Shown here one piece after another: positions 9,802 to 20,403 of a DNA stretch of 64,000 bases. Positions within the stretch are counted from its first letter, which is position 1, and each line of letters opens with the position of its first letter. The notes beneath the pieces are model-generated. The model saw only the letters and a program-made list of their open reading frames with translations, had not been told where the DNA came from and did no database searches. Position numbers and translations under genes: made by a program. Source of the DNA: Mediterranea sp. (GTDB lineage: Bacteria > Bacteroidota > Bacteroidia > Bacteroidales > Bacteroidaceae); NCBI GenBank assembly GCA_031258135.1, contig JAIRNG010000022.1, forward strand, positions 5,689 to 69,688. Direction: 5' to 3'.

Positions 9802-12507
9802 TCAGAACTCCGGATCCCTTCCGGTTTGCTTAATGAGCTTTCTGATCTTTTTATTCAGGCTGTCTGCCTTCATAAGTTGTTCGAGTGTCAGGTGCATCCG
9901 GTAACACCAATAATGTTTAGGATTGGCCGGAACATTGATACGTTCTCCGTGTGCGTTCGGATTTCTCCATTTACCATCTATTGCCATCCAATCCTGAAGA
10001 GCGAGAATACATAACATTGAATTACTGTAAAGATGGTTGCGTACTGCTTCCTCACACAATTCGGGAGTCGCTACGGCCGGAGCGGCGCCATAATGGCCTA
10101 ACCAGTGGTTATAGTAGCGCTGTGTCTGTTGAAAATCTTCCTCCCACCAACCACGTAAGGTAGACATATCGTGTGTGGATATGGTACAAACCGAGCGATA
10201 TGGATATTCATTCAGTACACCGAATTCGCAGGACGAATTTTTAGGCATACGCTGAACTTCCAGGCTAAGTATATGTAAATCATTCATAGCGGTAGCTACG
10301 CTGTCCGGAATCATCCCTAAGTCTTCGCCGCAAACTAACATTCGGGTAGATTGCGTCAGTTGAGGCAGCTTATGCATGGCCTGTTGATACCAGAAACTGT
10401 TATGGCGGTGATAATAGTACTGATCATATAACCGGTTGAATGTTGTTTGTTCCCAGCCGGATAGCGCACGATAGATAAAATCGTGTTGCACACTGATCCG
10501 CGGGTGATATTTCTCTTTATCTTTGTGGTCGCGTACAAAGAGGACATCACTGATCAAGGAATACAGTCCGTCACGGATCCATATACTGTCGTTATCGTTC
10601 TTTCCGGCAAAAAATGCTTCAACTTTTCGTTGCGTATCAAATTCCGGTCGCATACGATATATTTCCCAGCGATCTGTTGTCTCGATGAATGTTTCTTTTA
10701 CATATCCGGTATGCGGCCCGAATATCTGTTGAAGGAATGATTCGTGGATATACGGCTGCAGAAAGAAGTCTTCACGGAAACTCAATCCGTAACTTTCGAT
10801 TTCTTCACGCGACATAGGCAGTGCAGGTGCGAACTGTCCCAACAGACCGTGTACGGCATTCATGGGAATCTGCCAGATACGGAAGAAGCCGAGGATGTGG
10901 TCAATCCGGTAGGCATCGAAGTATTCCGACATCTTATGGAATCGTTTCATCCACCATTTATAGCCGTCTCTTTCCATCACGTCCCAATTGTATGTCGGGA
11001 ATCCCCAGTTTTGGCCGTTGACGGAGAAATCATCGGGTGGAGCGCCTGCCTGTCCGTCAAGATTGAAATAATAGGGCTCTATCCATGCTTCCACGCTATT
11101 CCGGCTAATACCGATAGGAATATCTCCTTTCAGAACCACGCCATGTTCGCGGGCGTATGTCGTTGCCTCCAATAACTGTAAGTGGAGATTGAACTGTATG
11201 TAGTAGTAGATGGCGATTTGCGGATAATGTGCACTGTCGGGCCGGCAAAGGATATCAATCTCTTTGCGGCTATATACGGCGTGTTCCGGCCATTCGCGGA
11301 AGTTCGCAGTTTTATAGATGTCGCGCAGGTAGCTGAATGCCGCATAAGGTTGCAGCCATTCTTTGTTTGATTCGAAAAAGAGACGGAAAGTCTCTGATGC
11401 CAACACCTTATTTCCTTCCTGTTCAAAAATTGACTTGAAGTATTCCCATTTAGTCCGGTCAACAGCTTCGTAATTAACGGTGGGCAGCGCGTTCAATTCC
11501 TTTTGCTTACCGGAGAATTCCGCCATTTTCCCTTTATCCTTAAGTTTCCCTATTTTGCTCATGTCCATATATAGCGGATGGAACGCATAAATGGATATGC
11601 TATTGTAGGGATAAGAGTCTGCCCGGGTATGGGTAATGGTGGTATCGTTGACCGGCAGGATCTGGATAAACTTCTGGTTGGTGCAAATGGCCCAATCGAC
11701 CATCTTCTTCAGGTCACCGAAATCACCGATACCGAAACTGCTTTCCGAGCGCAACGAAAAAATGGGGATAGCTACCCCGCTACCTTTCCATACCGGCAAA
11801 TCAAAGTAGACATAACGGTCGGATATGATGCAGGTTTCATTTTCCTTTATCTGTGGGTCAGCCACATAGCGGTTAGGATTATTTTCCCATGCTTCCGGCT
11901 TACCGGTTTTCCTGTTATACAAAACAAACTTATATTCCAATGGGAACTCCAATCCGGATGCATCTAATTCAGCTTGCCACTCCGGGAAAGCGACATCGCT
12001 CATAAGCCATGCTTTGCCGGCATCCCAATTGCCCAGGACTTTCCGGTTACCGGAAATAGCCAGGCAATAGTCTTCGCTGATGCGCGGAGCATAAGCCTTG
12101 ATCATCAATCCTCTTTTGCAGTCTTTTACAGGTTCTTCTTTGTTGGGATGTACCAATAATGATTCGGTAAAGGCTGAGCTATAAAAATGCTGTTGCTCGG
12201 GAATATTCTTCCAACAGTCGTAAGTCCGGTACCGCTTTTTGTTGTTACCGGACAGGTAGATGCGACGGGAGAAGCTTTTCCATTCTCCACGTACAGGTTG
12301 CCCGTCACGATAGATGTAGTAGTTATACGCTATGATCCTGTTTTCCGGAATCTGTATCTCTCTTTCTACAGACCAGTGAGTCCCGTCTACCGTCTGAAGT
12401 GAAACGGCTTGTTCCGGATCATTCTTCCCCAATTCGGGTACGGAGCCGAGAATTCTGACTTCTTCTCCCCAGTTGGTACGGTATTCAACATGAAATGATA
12501 TAATCAT
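9802..12507 (-). CDS. malQ: 4-alpha-glucanotransferase (GH77 with two N-terminal CBM20)
   Basis: GSVPELG and LGNWD CBM20 motifs; YRIDHILGF, GEDLG, STHD catalytic motifs. Confidence 0.93.
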   Translation of the reverse strand: MIISFHVEYRTNWGEEVRILGSVPELGKNDPEQAVSLQTVDGTHWSVEREIQIPENRIIAYNYYIYRDGQPVRGEWKSFSRRIYLSGNNKKRYRTYDCWKNIPEQQHFYSSAFTESLLVHPNKEEPVKDCKRGLMIKAYAPRISEDYCLAISGNRKVLGNWDAGKAWLMSDVAFPEWQAELDASGLEFPLEYKFVLYNRKTGKPEAWENNPNRYVADPQIKENETCIISDRYVYFDLPVWKGSGVAIPIFSLRSESSFGIGDFGDLKKMVDWAICTNQKFIQILPVNDTTITHTRADSYPYNSISIYAFHPLYMDMSKIGKLKDKGKMAEFSGKQKELNALPTVNYEAVDRTKWEYFKSIFEQEGNKVLASETFRLFFESNKEWLQPYAAFSYLRDIYKTANFREWPEHAVYSRKEIDILCRPDSAHYPQIAIYYYIQFNLHLQLLEATTYAREHGVVLKGDIPIGISRNSVEAWIEPYYFNLDGQAGAPPDDFSVNGQNWGFPTYNWDVMERDGYKWWMKRFHKMSEYFDAYRIDHILGFFRIWQIPMNAVHGLLGQFAPALPMSREEIESYGLSFREDFFLQPYIHESFLQQIFGPHTGYVKETFIETTDRWEIYRMRPEFDTQRKVEAFFAGKNDNDSIWIRDGLYSLISDVLFVRDHKDKEKYHPRISVQHDFIYRALSGWEQTTFNRLYDQYYYHRHNSFWYQQAMHKLPQLTQSTRMLVCGEDLGMIPDSVATAMNDLHILSLEVQRMPKNSSCEFGVLNEYPYRSVCTISTHDMSTLRGWWEEDFQQTQRYYNHWLGHYGAAPAVATPELCEEAVRNHLYSNSMLCILALQDWMAIDGKWRNPNAHGERINVPANPKHYWCYRMHLTLEQLMKADSLNKKIRKLIKQTGRDPEF

Positions 12508-12603
12508 AATATTAAATTTAGTTCAATTCCAAAGGATGACGCAAGATATTATATTCCAACCCGACTGCAACCGCGGACGTTCTTTGAAATAAAAATAATC
12601 CTA

Positions 12604-12617
12604 TGCAAACGTTTGTG
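12604..12617. promoter_or_regulatory. Candidate LacI-family operator upstream of malQ
   Basis: TGCAAACGTTTGTG contains the perfect palindrome CAAACGTTTG with central CG. Confidence 0.5.
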
Positions 12618-12637
12618 CTATCCATGCTTAATAACAT

Positions 12638-12665
12638 AAAAAGGGGTTCATGAAGAGCCCCTTTC
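12638..12665 (-). terminator. Terminator of nrdJ
   Basis: GGGGCTC...GAACCCC stem followed by TTTTT on the minus strand. Confidence 0.65.
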
Positions 12666-12689
12666 TCTCATCGATCAGAATACACCCGG

Positions 12690-15230
12690 TCATCCGCATT
12701 TGGATGTTCCGCATGCGGTGCAAATCAGACATCCTTCCTGGTAAACCAGCGTTTCGTTTCCACAGTTCGGACATTTCTTGCCTTTTATTTCCGTTCCGTC
12801 CTGAATATATTTCTTAAGTGCCCGTTCAACACCGTTCTTCCAGGTATTGATGTTTTCACTGTCTAATTGTAACGAACTTACCAATTTGATGACCTGTTCA
12901 ATCGGCATTCTCCAACGGAGTACGCCCGATATCAGTTTCGCATAGTTCCAATATTCTTTGTTGAACTTTTCGGATAGTCCTTCAATCGTGGTCTTGTATC
13001 CGCGTTTGTTCTGGAACTGGAAGTCGTATCTCTTGTTTCCATGTTCGTCAATGTTCTTAATGATCTTACCCGTGGTGACGCTCTTCGGCAACAGGATACC
13101 TTCATCATCATCCTGCAAACCGGTAAAGATTTCATAAGGCCTGCCATCGAGCAGCCCGACGAAAGCCACCCATTTCTCTTTGTTATTCTGGAACCGGACC
13201 ACATCGGCATCAAGACTTTGCGGGCGGGTTTCCACTATTGCAGGCGGTTTACATGGGGGAAGCTCATCTTTGTCTTTCTCGCTCTTGGCGGCAATAAGAA
13301 CGCCGGAGCGCGAACCGTCGCGATAAACGGTACATCCTTTACATCCTGATTTCCAGGCTTCCACATATAAGCGGTTTACAAGATTCTCATCGACATCGTT
13401 GGGAAGGTTGATCGTTACGCTGATGGAGTGGTCGACCCATTGCTGGATCCTTCCCTGCATTTTCACCTTCATCAGCCAGTCTACATCATTAGATGTCGCT
13501 TTATAATAAGGTGATTTCTCAACAAGGGCGTTGATCTCTTCCTGTGTGTAATGTTTCGCCGGATCATATCCGTTGGCTTCCATCCAGGTAACGAACTTAT
13601 GGTGGAATACAATGTATTCTTCAAATGTGTCGCCGGTTTCATCAACGAAATCCACACGTACCTGCGTATCGTTCGGATTAACCTTTCTTCTGCGCTTATA
13701 TACCGGGAGGAATACGGGTTCAATGCCGGAAGTGGTTTGGGTCATCAGGCTGGTTGTTCCTGTCGGCGCGATGGTCAGGCAGGCAATATTGCGTCTGCCG
13801 TATTTCTTCATATCCCTGTATAGCTGAGGATCGGCTTCACGAAGGCGGTTAATGAACGGATTGTTTTGTTCTCTTTCCGTATTGTAGATTTCAAATGCGC
13901 CACGTTCTTTCGCCATATCTACGGATGAACGATATGCGCCGATAGCGATCTCTTTATGTACTTTTTCCGAAAATCCGGTCGCTTCTTCGGTACCATAGCG
14001 CAGACCCAATGCGGCAAGCATGTCTCCTTCCGCCGTGATGCCTACCCCGGTACGTCTTCCCTGACCGCTCTTCTTATATATCTTTTTCCATAATATAAGC
14101 TCGGTGCGTTTCACTTCCTGATCTTCCGGGTCTTCATTGATCTTTTCCATGATCCGCTCGATCTTCTCCAATTCAAGGTCAATGATGTCGTCCATGATCC
14201 GTTGCGCCAATCCTACATGCTTTTTAAACAAATCAAAGTCAAAGTAAGCATTTTCCCTGAATGGGTTGACAACGTACGAATAGAGGTTGATGGCTAACAG
14301 CCGGCAGGAATCGTACGGGCACAACGGAATCTCACCACACGGATTTGTCGATATGGTCTGATAACCCAGATCGGCGTAGCAATCGGGGACGGATTCACGA
14401 ATGATCGTATCCCAGAACAGCACTCCCGGCTCTGCCGACTTCCATGCGTTGTGCACGATTTTTTTCCATAAAGAAGAAGCGTCTATCTGTTTTGATATAA
14501 GCGGATCCGTTCCGTCTATGGGATATTGTTGGGTATAACTCTGTCCTTCGATGGCTGCTTTCATGAAGTCATCATCCAGTTTAACGGAAACGTTGGCGCC
14601 GGTCACTTTCCCTTCGGTCATCTTCGCATCGATGAACGATTCGGAATCAGGATGCCTGATCGATACGCTCAGCATCAGGGCGCCGCGGCGCCCATCCTGC
14701 GCCACTTCGCGGGTAGAGTTGGAGTAACGTTCCATAAACGGTACGATACCGGTGGATGTCAGCGCGGAATTCTTGACCGGCGATCCCTTGGGGCGTACGT
14801 GCGAAAGGTCATGTCCTACGCCGCCGCGCCTTTTCATTAATTGTACCTGCTCTTCGTCTATTTTGATAATAGCGCCGTATGAGTCGGCCGCACCATCCAC
14901 ACCAATAACAAAGCAGTTGGACAGCGAGGCTATCTGGCAATCGTTTCCGATGCCTGTCATCGGGCTTCCCTGCGGTACAATATACCTGAAGCGGTCGAAC
15001 AGGTCGTAAAGTTCTTTCGCACTGAGCGGGTTGGCGTATTTTGCTTCTACCCGCGCTATTTCATTGGCGATGCGCCAATGCATGTCTTCCGGAGATTTTT
15101 CATATATATTTCCAAAAGAATCTTTTACTGCATATTTGTTTACCCAAACTCTGGCAGCTAACTCGTCACCCTGAAAATATCGCAAAGATTCCTCAAAGGC
15201 TTCATCATAAGAATAAATTTGTTTTTCCAC
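12690..15230 (-). CDS. nrdJ: Adenosylcobalamin-dependent (class II) ribonucleotide reductase
   Basis: SNCFV, TNPCGEIPL, IAPTGT, KGCTVYRDGSR and C-terminal CxxC motifs. Likely GTG start at 15230. Confidence 0.93.
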   Translation of the reverse strand: MEKQIYSYDEAFEESLRYFQGDELAARVWVNKYAVKDSFGNIYEKSPEDMHWRIANEIARVEAKYANPLSAKELYDLFDRFRYIVPQGSPMTGIGNDCQIASLSNCFVIGVDGAADSYGAIIKIDEEQVQLMKRRGGVGHDLSHVRPKGSPVKNSALTSTGIVPFMERYSNSTREVAQDGRRGALMLSVSIRHPDSESFIDAKMTEGKVTGANVSVKLDDDFMKAAIEGQSYTQQYPIDGTDPLISKQIDASSLWKKIVHNAWKSAEPGVLFWDTIIRESVPDCYADLGYQTISTNPCGEIPLCPYDSCRLLAINLYSYVVNPFRENAYFDFDLFKKHVGLAQRIMDDIIDLELEKIERIMEKINEDPEDQEVKRTELILWKKIYKKSGQGRRTGVGITAEGDMLAALGLRYGTEEATGFSEKVHKEIAIGAYRSSVDMAKERGAFEIYNTEREQNNPFINRLREADPQLYRDMKKYGRRNIACLTIAPTGTTSLMTQTTSGIEPVFLPVYKRRRKVNPNDTQVRVDFVDETGDTFEEYIVFHHKFVTWMEANGYDPAKHYTQEEINALVEKSPYYKATSNDVDWLMKVKMQGRIQQWVDHSISVTINLPNDVDENLVNRLYVEAWKSGCKGCTVYRDGSRSGVLIAAKSEKDKDELPPCKPPAIVETRPQSLDADVVRFQNNKEKWVAFVGLLDGRPYEIFTGLQDDDEGILLPKSVTTGKIIKNIDEHGNKRYDFQFQNKRGYKTTIEGLSEKFNKEYWNYAKLISGVLRWRMPIEQVIKLVSSLQLDSENINTWKNGVERALKKYIQDGTEIKGKKCPNCGNETLVYQEGCLICTACGTSKCG

Positions 15231-15572
15231 GTTATCCTGCAACTAATAATTAATAAATAAGTAATGATTGTAGAAGTTATACTTATTATTGATAAACGTC
15301 CGGCAAAGTTAGAAATGTTTTTCGTTCTCCCAAAATAAAAAAACAGGGAAATCCGTTAACGGATGCAAGGTTTCCCGTTTCAATCTTCCAACCGGCTGAT
15401 AATTAAACAGATGCAATTTGCGGCGGACTGAAAAGTTTTCCAAAAATGAAAACCGGATATGTAAATTACGTCTGTGATGTTTCCCGGAATGGTGAACTTA
15501 AATAAAGTGTTTTTAAAGATTACAATGACTTAACTACGATTCTTTGTCTTATCTTTGCAGGAAAAAGACAGC

Positions 15573-16310
15573 ATGGAATCAATGAAAAACAGACGGACGG
15601 TACGGAAGTATTTATCCAAGGAAATTTCTTCCGGGTTATTGAATGATTTACTGGAAATTTCGTTCAGGGCTTCCACAACAGGCAATATGCAACTTTATAG
15701 CGTCGTCGTAACGCGCGATCCGGAAATGAAGGAAAAGCTGGCTCCCGCCCATTATCATCAGCCGGCTATAAAAACGGCTCCGGTCGTATTGACTTTCTGT
15801 GCGGATTTCGGACGGTTTACGAAATGGTGCGAGCAACGGAAAGCTGTTCCGGGATATGATAATTTCCAATCTTTCATGAATGCTTTCATGGATGCCATCA
15901 TTGTGGCTCAGACATTCTGTACGGCTGCGGAAGAAGCCGGACTTGGTATTTGCTATCTGGGAACGACTACATACAACCCTCAGATGATCATCGATACCTT
16001 GAAATTACCAAAGCTTGTATTTCCCGCTACGACGATTACGGCGGGTTATCCCGATGGTATGCCGGAACAGGCGGATCGCCTTCCGCCGGATGGTATCATA
16101 CACCATGAATATTATAATGATTATACTTCAGCAGATATAGATCGCATTTATGCGTACAAAGAATCATTGGCGGAGAACCGGCGTTTTATTACAGAGAATG
16201 TCAAAGAGACTTTGGCGCAGGTATTTACTGATATAAGGTATACAAAGAAAGATAACATAGCGATCTCTGAGAATTTCATGAAAGCGCTTCAACAACAAAA
16301 GTTCTTATAG
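15573..16310 (+). CDS. NADPH-dependent flavin/nitroreductase family oxidoreductase
   Basis: RRTVRKY, ASTTGNMQLYS, GLGICYLG. -7 element TATCTTTG at 15550 supports the ATG 15573 start. Confidence 0.9.
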   Translation: MESMKNRRTVRKYLSKEISSGLLNDLLEISFRASTTGNMQLYSVVVTRDPEMKEKLAPAHYHQPAIKTAPVVLTFCADFGRFTKWCEQRKAVPGYDNFQSFMNAFMDAIIVAQTFCTAAEEAGLGICYLGTTTYNPQMIIDTLKLPKLVFPATTITAGYPDGMPEQADRLPPDGIIHHEYYNDYTSADIDRIYAYKESLAENRRFITENVKETLAQVFTDIRYTKKDNIAISENFMKALQQQKFL

Positions 16311-16313
16311 GGC

Positions 16314-17720
16314 TTATCTCTTTTTCTTCATGGAGGTTTCTATGTTTTCCAGGTCTGCCCGGAATGTCTTGTCCACTTCACATAGTTCCTTTACGATCTT
16401 GCAGGCATGTAAAACGGTGGCATGATCTTTGCCTCCGATGAGTTGTCCGATCTTGGATGAAGAAGAATCCGTATGTTTTTTAGCCAAGTACATTGCTATT
16501 TGCCGTACCTGAACAACTTCTCTTTTTCTTGATTTCGTATGGATCGCCGACGTATCAATCTCAAAGTGCCGGCAAACCGTATCGATAATGGAATCTATCG
16601 TAATCGCTTTGACTTCATTATGTACAATCTTGCGAAGAATACGTTGGGCCAGATCTAAATCAATATCCTTATTATATATAGTGGAATGCGCCATGATGGA
16701 AATAATAACTCCTTCCAGGTCACGCACGCTTTCGTGTACATTCTCCGCTATATAATCGACCACTTCAGCAGGAAACTGCAGGCCGTCACGATGCAGTTTG
16801 TTATTCAGGATATCTTTTCTTAGCTCGATGGATGGTTTTTCCAATTCAGCCACCATTCCCCATTTAAAACGGGTAAGTAGCCTTTCTTCCACGCCTTGCA
16901 GTAAGACCGGCGCCCGGTCGGAAGTCAGGATCAACTGTTTACCGTTCTGATGCAGGTGATTAAATATATGGAAGAACGTGTTCTGCGTTTTGGTAACCCC
17001 TGCGAACTCCTGGATATCATCTATGATCAGAACATCAATTGTCTGATAGAAGTTGATGAAATCATTGGTCGTGTTGTTGCGCACAGAGTCGGTGTATTGT
17101 ACTTGAAACAGATGGGCGGATACATATAATACCCTCTTTTCGGGATATAGTTCCTTAATTTTGCTTCCTATGGCATTGGAAAGGTGAGTTTTACCTACTC
17201 CCGACGCTCCATGAAGAAACAGAGGATTAAAAACCGTTTTAGCCGGATTTTTCGCTACGGCTTCCGCTACACTTCTTGACAACTTATTACTATAGCCTTC
17301 AATGAAGTTCTCAAAAGTATAGTCCGGATTCAATTGTGAGTCCAGGTCTTGCACGGCGGGAGCTTTTAATAAGTTGGGAGCTTTATTGCCGCCGTTGCGG
17401 GTCTTGGAAGACGGAGTGACCGGACGGTTGCTTGCTTCAAGATCTATAGAAGTCTTGGAGTTGCTATCGAGCATTACATTATATATCAGTTTAGTTCCTT
17501 CGCCTATCTCTTTATATAAGGTTGCGCGCAACAGATCTATGAACTTATCTTCTATAAACTCATAAAAGAATTGACTCGGGACTTGCAAGGTCAGCGTTTT
17601 GTCCTTATATTTTAACGGTTTAATTGGGATGAACCAAGTGTTGTAAGTCGTTTCCGGTACGTTGTCTCTAATTATTCGGAGACAACGTTCCCATAATCCG
17701 ACATGATCAAATTCTCTCAT
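16314..17720 (-). CDS. dnaA: Chromosomal replication initiator DnaA
   Basis: [38 protein letters not shown] domain IV. Confidence 0.98.
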   Translation of the reverse strand: MREFDHVGLWERCLRIIRDNVPETTYNTWFIPIKPLKYKDKTLTLQVPSQFFYEFIEDKFIDLLRATLYKEIGEGTKLIYNVMLDSNSKTSIDLEASNRPVTPSSKTRNGGNKAPNLLKAPAVQDLDSQLNPDYTFENFIEGYSNKLSRSVAEAVAKNPAKTVFNPLFLHGASGVGKTHLSNAIGSKIKELYPEKRVLYVSAHLFQVQYTDSVRNNTTNDFINFYQTIDVLIIDDIQEFAGVTKTQNTFFHIFNHLHQNGKQLILTSDRAPVLLQGVEERLLTRFKWGMVAELEKPSIELRKDILNNKLHRDGLQFPAEVVDYIAENVHESVRDLEGVIISIMAHSTIYNKDIDLDLAQRILRKIVHNEVKAITIDSIIDTVCRHFEIDTSAIHTKSRKREVVQVRQIAMYLAKKHTDSSSSKIGQLIGGKDHATVLHACKIVKELCEVDKTFRADLENIETSMKKKR

Positions 17721-18065
17721 ACGGCTATCAATACATGATTATAATTTAAGCTAAACTTCTACAATGCAAAGTTGAGAATCTTATTTCAATAAAACAAATG
17801 CTTTTTTTCTTGCGTTTTTCAATCCTGCAATAATGTATTTAATTTCAAGGAGTTATAAGATTTACGAAACTACTCGTCTCCGAATAACGTTTCTGTTGAT
17901 TTAATCCCCTGATTTTTAGTATATTGTCTTGTTTATAACCCGTTTCTTTCAAAAGCCGATCTTGAAGAAAAACGCGCTCAGCTTAGGTGGAATGCCTAAA
18001 TTGCGGGAATTTTTCAAAATGAAAAAAGGGATACTCACTATTTAGATAAAATCTAAATAACGGGA

Positions 18066-18971
18066 TTATTTTGTTTTGTTTTTCCTGCCAAAAAGAGAAA
18101 AATGAACATAACGTTTCGGGTGCGCTTGCAGATCTTCCAAAAGACTTGCAGCATTACCTGCGGTAGCGTTTAGCTTATTGTAAAAGTCGGGATCATTCAA
18201 TAACAGTCCCAGCGTATTATCTTTCCTGTTTAATTTTTCTGTAACAATTTTTACATTGTACAGAGTAGAGTCTATTTTGCTGAAAGTGGCATCGAGATCG
18301 ATTCTTTTCAACTTGTTGCTTATGGTGATGAAATTATCCCCTATTGTATTCATTTTAGTTGTTAACTGTGGGATATCCCGACGCATCAACGTGTTTAATT
18401 GTGCAGTTGATACTTCCAGATTTGCGGTCGTGTTTCTTATAGACTGCAAAGTTGCAGGAATATTTTCATCTCCCAGGATACGGTTGAGTGAGGTTAATAT
18501 AGAGTCCAGTTTGGGAAGCATTTGTTCTACTTGCGGCAGAAGGGCGCTCACACCGGCCGTCATGCTTTTGTTTTCTTTTCCGGGGATGGTATCTCCTATG
18601 GCATAACTTTCCCTGGGGTTGTTGACCAGCATAAGATTCATTTTTACACTTCCCAGCATTTCGGTCTCCAATTCGGCCCAACTTCCTTTGGGGATACGGG
18701 TGTGGGTGTCGAGTTCCACTACAACGACTACATTACCGGGATTATTATAATCGTAATGAACGTCGTGTACCAGACCAATTTTGTATCCGTCGGCATATAC
18801 CGGGCTCGAGACGGTTAATCCATAGATATTTGTATATTTGACATAGAAATAACTGGAGGGTTTGAACAGGTTTATCCCCTTTAGATAGTTCATTCCATAA
18901 ACGAGTATAAACAGGGATACAATGCCGACTATTCCTATTCTTACTTCTTTGGTAAATTTAGATTCTATCAT
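18066..18971 (-). CDS. MlaD/MCE family protein
   Basis: N-terminal TM, GL..SSPVYADGYKIG MCE motif, helical C-terminus, DLQAHPKRY. Confidence 0.9.
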   Translation of the reverse strand: MIESKFTKEVRIGIVGIVSLFILVYGMNYLKGINLFKPSSYFYVKYTNIYGLTVSSPVYADGYKIGLVHDVHYDYNNPGNVVVVVELDTHTRIPKGSWAELETEMLGSVKMNLMLVNNPRESYAIGDTIPGKENKSMTAGVSALLPQVEQMLPKLDSILTSLNRILGDENIPATLQSIRNTTANLEVSTAQLNTLMRRDIPQLTTKMNTIGDNFITISNKLKRIDLDATFSKIDSTLYNVKIVTEKLNRKDNTLGLLLNDPDFYNKLNATAGNAASLLEDLQAHPKRYVHFSLFGRKNKTK

Positions 18972-20203
18972 TGTTTGTTGTTTTTCTTTTTAAATTCTGC
19001 TATGGCCGCATTGATATTCATTTTCTTACCGTTCTTAAAGGCTACAATAAAAGAGCCCACATATTTGCCGGTCAGACTTTTGCGGAGACGAACCATTTCA
19101 TTATAGTTTTCGGAAGCGCCATACGTATATTTATATAATCCGTCTTCCATATAGTTATCGACACCTTGCAAGCCTTTGAATTCTTTATGGTTTGCTCCCA
19201 ATTGTCTGGCGGAGGCAAGTATCTGCACTTTAAAGATGATCTTATCATCGGCAGGTTGAGGGATACTCATTGTTTTGGGTGTTGGCCCGGCTTCGGTCGT
19301 TGGTTTGGTTTCAGCCGGTTTGCTCGGAGCAACGGGCGTGTGATTGACTACAGGAGGTGTGGTCTCGACAACGGATTCCGGCTGATTCGATGAATCGGAG
19401 TATTCTCCGGATGCAAACCGGATCTGATATTCTTCTTTATATTGAAGAAATGCACTATATATCCCTCTGGATAAGTTGTCGACGCCTTCTTTCGAATTCA
19501 TGTACCGTTCTTCTTCCGGCGTTGAGATGAATCCTAATTCAACAAGAACACTGGGCATGGCGCTGGCTTTCAGTACAAGGAATCCTCCCTGGTGTACTCC
19601 GCGATCGGTACGTCTGCAAATGGTTTTAAAATGTTGTTGAACGATTGAGGCGAAGCGTACGCTTTGTGACATGTACTTGTCTTGCATAAATTCAAATATG
19701 ATGTAGGATTCGGAAGAGTTCGGGTCAAATCCGGCATACGTTGTCTGATAATCATCTTCATACAGGATAACGGAGTTTTCGCGTTTCGCCACGCTCAGAT
19801 TGGCTTCGGTTTTGGCCAGACCTAATGTCCAGGTGGAAGCTCCTTTAATCGTATTGTTCTTTGCCAGTGCATTGGTGTGTATAGAGATAAAGAGGTCGGC
19901 TTTGGCATTGTTCGCAATTTCGGCCCGGCGGTTCAGGCTCACGAATACGTCTTTGTTTCGGGTATATATGACTTTGACGTCTTTGCAATTGCTTCGGATC
20001 AAGCTACCTAATTTCAATGCTACTTTCAGATTGATGTCCTTTTCCCTGGAAATCTTTCCGATAGCGCCCGGATCATTTCCTCCGTGTCCGGCGTCAATAA
20101 CGACGACAAATTCTTTGGCTGCGGTATGGATGGCGCATAAGGGTGATGCCGGCCACCAGAAACAAATAAGAGCGAATAATATGTACTGTCTACGAAATAT
20201 CAT
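18968..20203 (-). CDS. N-acetylmuramoyl-L-alanine amidase (Amidase_3)
   Basis: IDAGHGGNDPGA, FISIHTNA, PSVLVELGFIS. ATG 20203 lies downstream of -7 element TATATTTG (20221-20228, minus strand). Confidence 0.93.
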   Translation of the reverse strand: MIFRRQYILFALICFWWPASPLCAIHTAAKEFVVVIDAGHGGNDPGAIGKISREKDINLKVALKLGSLIRSNCKDVKVIYTRNKDVFVSLNRRAEIANNAKADLFISIHTNALAKNNTIKGASTWTLGLAKTEANLSVAKRENSVILYEDDYQTTYAGFDPNSSESYIIFEFMQDKYMSQSVRFASIVQQHFKTICRRTDRGVHQGGFLVLKASAMPSVLVELGFISTPEEERYMNSKEGVDNLSRGIYSAFLQYKEEYQIRFASGEYSDSSNQPESVVETTPPVVNHTPVAPSKPAETKPTTEAGPTPKTMSIPQPADDKIIFKVQILASARQLGANHKEFKGLQGVDNYMEDGLYKYTYGASENYNEMVRLRKSLTGKYVGSFIVAFKNGKKMNINAAIAEFKKKNNKQ

Positions 20204-20230
20204 GATATGGAATGAAAGCACAAATATAGA

Positions 20231-20275
20231 GAAAAAAGCGGAAAACTCTTGTGGAGCGAGGAGTTTTCCGCTTTC
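20231..20275 (-). terminator. Terminator of the TonB-dependent receptor gene
   Basis: AAAGCGGAAAACTC...GAGTTTTCCGCTTT stem with a T tract on the minus strand. Confidence 0.75.
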
Positions 20276-20290
20276 AACCGGTGTTTTTAT

Positions 20291-20402
20291 CAGGAGTTAA
20301 GGAGTTATTACTCGCTTCGCCCGTTAGGCGTTAAAGCTCAATCACCATCCTACGCAGTACCTGATAACTCCTTTAACTCCTGCGCGAAGCGCTAACTCCT
20401 TA
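20291..20402. repeat. REP-like intergenic element (AGGAGTT/AACTCCT family)
   Basis: CAGGAGTTAAGGAGTTAT...ATAACTCCTTTAACTCCTG inverted arms. Shares TAACTCCTGCRCRAAGCGCTAACTCC with 50078-50103. Confidence 0.75.
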
Positions 20403-20403
20403 A

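Noticed and set aside
15231-15550. Cobalamin riboswitch upstream of B12-dependent nrdJ
   Set aside because: No recognisable B12-box or conserved riboswitch stems by eye; an Infernal search would be needed to exclude it.
17721-18065. oriC next to dnaA
   Set aside because: AT-rich, but I see no cluster of TTATCCACA-like DnaA boxes here or at 15243-15550.
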